DNA of 9,674 nucleotides from a virus (Duplodnaviria > Heunggongvirae > Uroviricota > Caudoviricetes): the IMG/VR virus record IMGVR_UViG_2548876938_000003, positions 1-9,674 of that record; one strand, given 5' to 3'. Shown piece by piece: positions 7,904-9,674 of the stretch. How positions within the stretch are numbered: the stretch's first letter is position 1; every line of letters begins with the position of its first letter. The translations under genes were made by a program, and so were the position numbers. Below the pieces are notes generated by a model, which was given only the letters and a program-made list of their open reading frames with translations, did no database searches and was not told the DNA's origin.

Positions 7904-8076
7904 TGTCAGGAGTCCTGAATAGTGATTAGAGGAGTCACATGTCGGCATCAGTTTCCCGACGATGCGCATCCTCCGCCATCAGTCCCGGATGGCTTATCAC
8001 TGACACAACAGCACCTTAGCGAATCGCGGGGCGCGACTCAGTAGCCTTGCCGTGTATTCATCACGGCGAGGTATTC
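7904..8076. promoter_or_regulatory. Divergent intergenic region between O and P; presumed late promoters PO and PP plus 5' leaders
   Basis: 173-bp non-coding spacer between divergently oriented first genes of two late operons. Contains the near-palindrome tcagga-g-tcctga (7906-7918) overlapping the O SD, and a GAGG SD for P at 8067-8070. I could not find an exact TGT-N12-ACA Ogr/Delta-type activator motif, so promoter placement is inferred from gene arrangement only. Confidence 0.45.
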
Positions 8077-9674
8077 ATGACCATCACCACAGACACCACT
8101 CTTTTACACGACCCGCGTCGTCAGGCGGCGCTGCTGTACTGGCAGGGATTTTCCGTGCCGCAGATTGCCGCCATGTTGCAGATGAAACGCCCGACGGTGC
8201 AGAGCTGGAAACAGCGCGACGGCTGGGACAGCGTTGCCCCCATCAGCCGTGTCGAAATGAGTCTGGAAGCGCGGCTGACCCAGCTCATCATCAAACCGCA
8301 GAAAACCGGCGGTGACTTCAAGGAAATTGACCTGCTCGGACGCCAGATTGAACGACTGGCACGGGTCAACCGTTACAGTCAGACCGGCAACGAGGCAGAC
8401 CTTAATCCGAACGTCGCTAACCGCAACAAAGGCGGGCGTCGCAAACCGAAAAAGAATTTTTTCAGTGACGGGGCCATCGAAAAGCTGGAGCAGATTTTCT
8501 TTGAGCAGTCTTTCGAGTATCAGTTGCACTGGTATCGCGCCGGGCTTGAGCACCGCATCCGCGATATCCTGAAATCCCGCCAGATTGGCGCGACGTTTTA
8601 TTTTTCCCGCGAGGCGCTGCTGCGCGCCCTGAAAACCGGTCATAACCAGATTTTTCTGTCGGCCAGTAAAACGCAGGCGTATGTGTTCCGCGAATACATC
8701 ATCGCCTTTGCCCGGCTGGTTGACGTTGACCTGACCGGTGACCCGATTGTCCTGGGCAATAACGGCGCAAAACTGATTTTTCTCGGCACCAACTCCAACA
8801 CCGCGCAGAGCCATAACGGCGACCTGTACGTCGATGAGATTTTCTGGATCCCGAATTTTCAGGTACTGCGTAAGGTGGCATCAGGTATGGCCTCACAGAG
8901 TCACCTGCGATCGACCTATTTCTCCACTCCGTCCACGCTGGCGCACGACGCCTACCCGTTCTGGTCGGGTGAACTGTTCAACCGGGGACGCGCCAGCGCC
9001 GCCGAACGCGTGGAAATCGACGTCAGTCATAACGCCCTTGCCGGTGGGCTTCTCTGTGCAGACGGCCAGTGGCGGCAGATTGTCACCATTGAGGACGCCC
9101 TGAAAGGTGGCTGCACGCTGTTCGACATTGAACAGCTCAAACGCGAAAACAGCGCCGACGATTTTAAAAACCTGTTCATGTGTGAATTTGTTGACGACAA
9201 GGCGTCAGTGTTCCCGTTCGAGGAGCTGCAACGCTGCATGGTCGACACGCTGGAAGAATGGGAAGACTATGCACCCTTTGCCGCCAATCCGTTCGGCTCA
9301 CGTCCGGTATGGATTGGTTACGACCCGTCACACCGTGGCGACAGCGCCGGATGCGTGGTGCTGGCACCGCCGGTGGTGGCCGGTGGCAAATTCAGAATAC
9401 TTGAGCGTCACCAGTGGAAAGGCATGGACTTTGCCACTCAGGCTGAATCCATCCGCAAACTCACCGAAAAATATAACGTCGAATACATCGGTATTGATGC
9501 CACCGGCCTCGGTGTCGGCGTGTTCCAGCTCGTGCGCTCGTTCTATCCCGCCGCGCGCGACATCCGCTACACGCCGGAAATGAAAACCGCAATGGTGCTC
9601 AAGGCAAAAGACGTTATCCGCCGTGGCTGTCTGGAATATGACGTCAGCGCCACCGACATCACCAGCTCGTTTAT
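8077..9674 (+). CDS. P: Terminase large (ATPase/nuclease) subunit gpP, first 532 codons; 3' end beyond the window
   Basis: ATG at 8077 with GAGG SD; hand translation MTITTDTTLLHDPRRQAALLYWQGFSVPQIAAMLQMKRPTVQSWKQRDGW... is open to the window end. Walker-B-like LYVDEIFWIP and a nuclease-domain-like VWIGYDPSHRGDSAGCVVLA are present. Absent from the ORF track because there is no in-window stop. Confidence 0.93.
   Translation, partial: MTITTDTTLLHDPRRQAALLYWQGFSVPQIAAMLQMKRPTVQSWKQRDGWDSVAPISRVEMSLEARLTQLIIKPQKTGGDFKEIDLLGRQIERLARVNRYSQTGNEADLNPNVANRNKGGRRKPKKNFFSDGAIEKLEQIFFEQSFEYQLHWYRAGLEHRIRDILKSRQIGATFYFSREALLRALKTGHNQIFLSASKTQAYVFREYIIAFARLVDVDLTGDPIVLGNNGAKLIFLGTNSNTAQSHNGDLYVDEIFWIPNFQVLRKVASGMASQSHLRSTYFSTPSTLAHDAYPFWSGELFNRGRASAAERVEIDVSHNALAGGLLCADGQWRQIVTIEDALKGGCTLFDIEQLKRENSADDFKNLFMCEFVDDKASVFPFEELQRCMVDTLEEWEDYAPFAANPFGSRPVWIGYDPSHRGDSAGCVVLAPPVVAGGKFRILERHQWKGMDFATQAESIRKLTEKYNVEYIGIDATGLGVGVFQLVRSFYPAARDIRYTPEMKTAMVLKAKDVIRRGCLEYDVSATDITSSF

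Noticed and set aside
7904-7969. 22-codon N-terminal extension of the O ORF (MRIVGKLMPTCDSSNHYSGLLT-) from an upstream ATG
   Set aside because: The downstream ATG at 7903 has a proper SD and gives the expected MAKKVSKFF start and 284-aa length; the extension lies in the divergent promoter spacer.
8104-8814. 236-aa minus-strand ORF, plus small plus-strand ORFs at 8052-8315, 8312-8572, 8834-9103 and 9107-9583
   Set aside because: All overlap the terminase P reading frame (8077 onward), which is continuous and recognisable; these are alternative-frame or antisense artefacts.
1-9674. Search for novel cargo (defence or toxin system), CRISPR repeats, tRNA, IS elements or integrase in this window
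   Set aside because: Every intact gene has the length expected for P2 and intergenic spacers are at most about 170 bp, leaving no room for an inserted system. No repeat-spacer periodicity or tRNA-like structure was noticed. The usual accessory-gene position between tail fibre and sheath genes is itself deleted.

Overview
The window is the late (virion morphogenesis) region of a P2-family temperate myophage or prophage of an enterobacterial host, inverted relative to the usual P2 map. Gene order is: terminase large subunit P (+ strand, runs off the 3' edge), then on the - strand scaffold O, major capsid N, terminase small subunit M, an S fragment, a V fragment, a sheath FI fragment, tail tube FII, chaperone E/E' with its programmed -1 frameshift, tape measure T, and the start of U (runs off the 5' edge). 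Protein identities were recognised by reading the translations; no search was run. P and U are absent from the supplied ORF track only because they have no stop codon inside the window. The main finding is that this element is defective, with two internal deletion junctions visible at codon level. One (about 5320-5330) joins M to S, so the genes expected between them (head completion L, X, holin Y, endolysin K, lysA/lysB, R) are missing. The other (about 4561-4567) joins codon 89 of V to the last ~269 codons of FI, so baseplate genes W/J/I, tail-fibre genes H/G and the Z/fun accessory locus are missing. Every intact gene has the length I recall for P2 and intergenic spacers are short, so I see no inserted cargo or novel system here; the usual accessory-gene position lies inside the second deletion. 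No rRNA, tRNA, CRISPR array, IS element or integrase was found.
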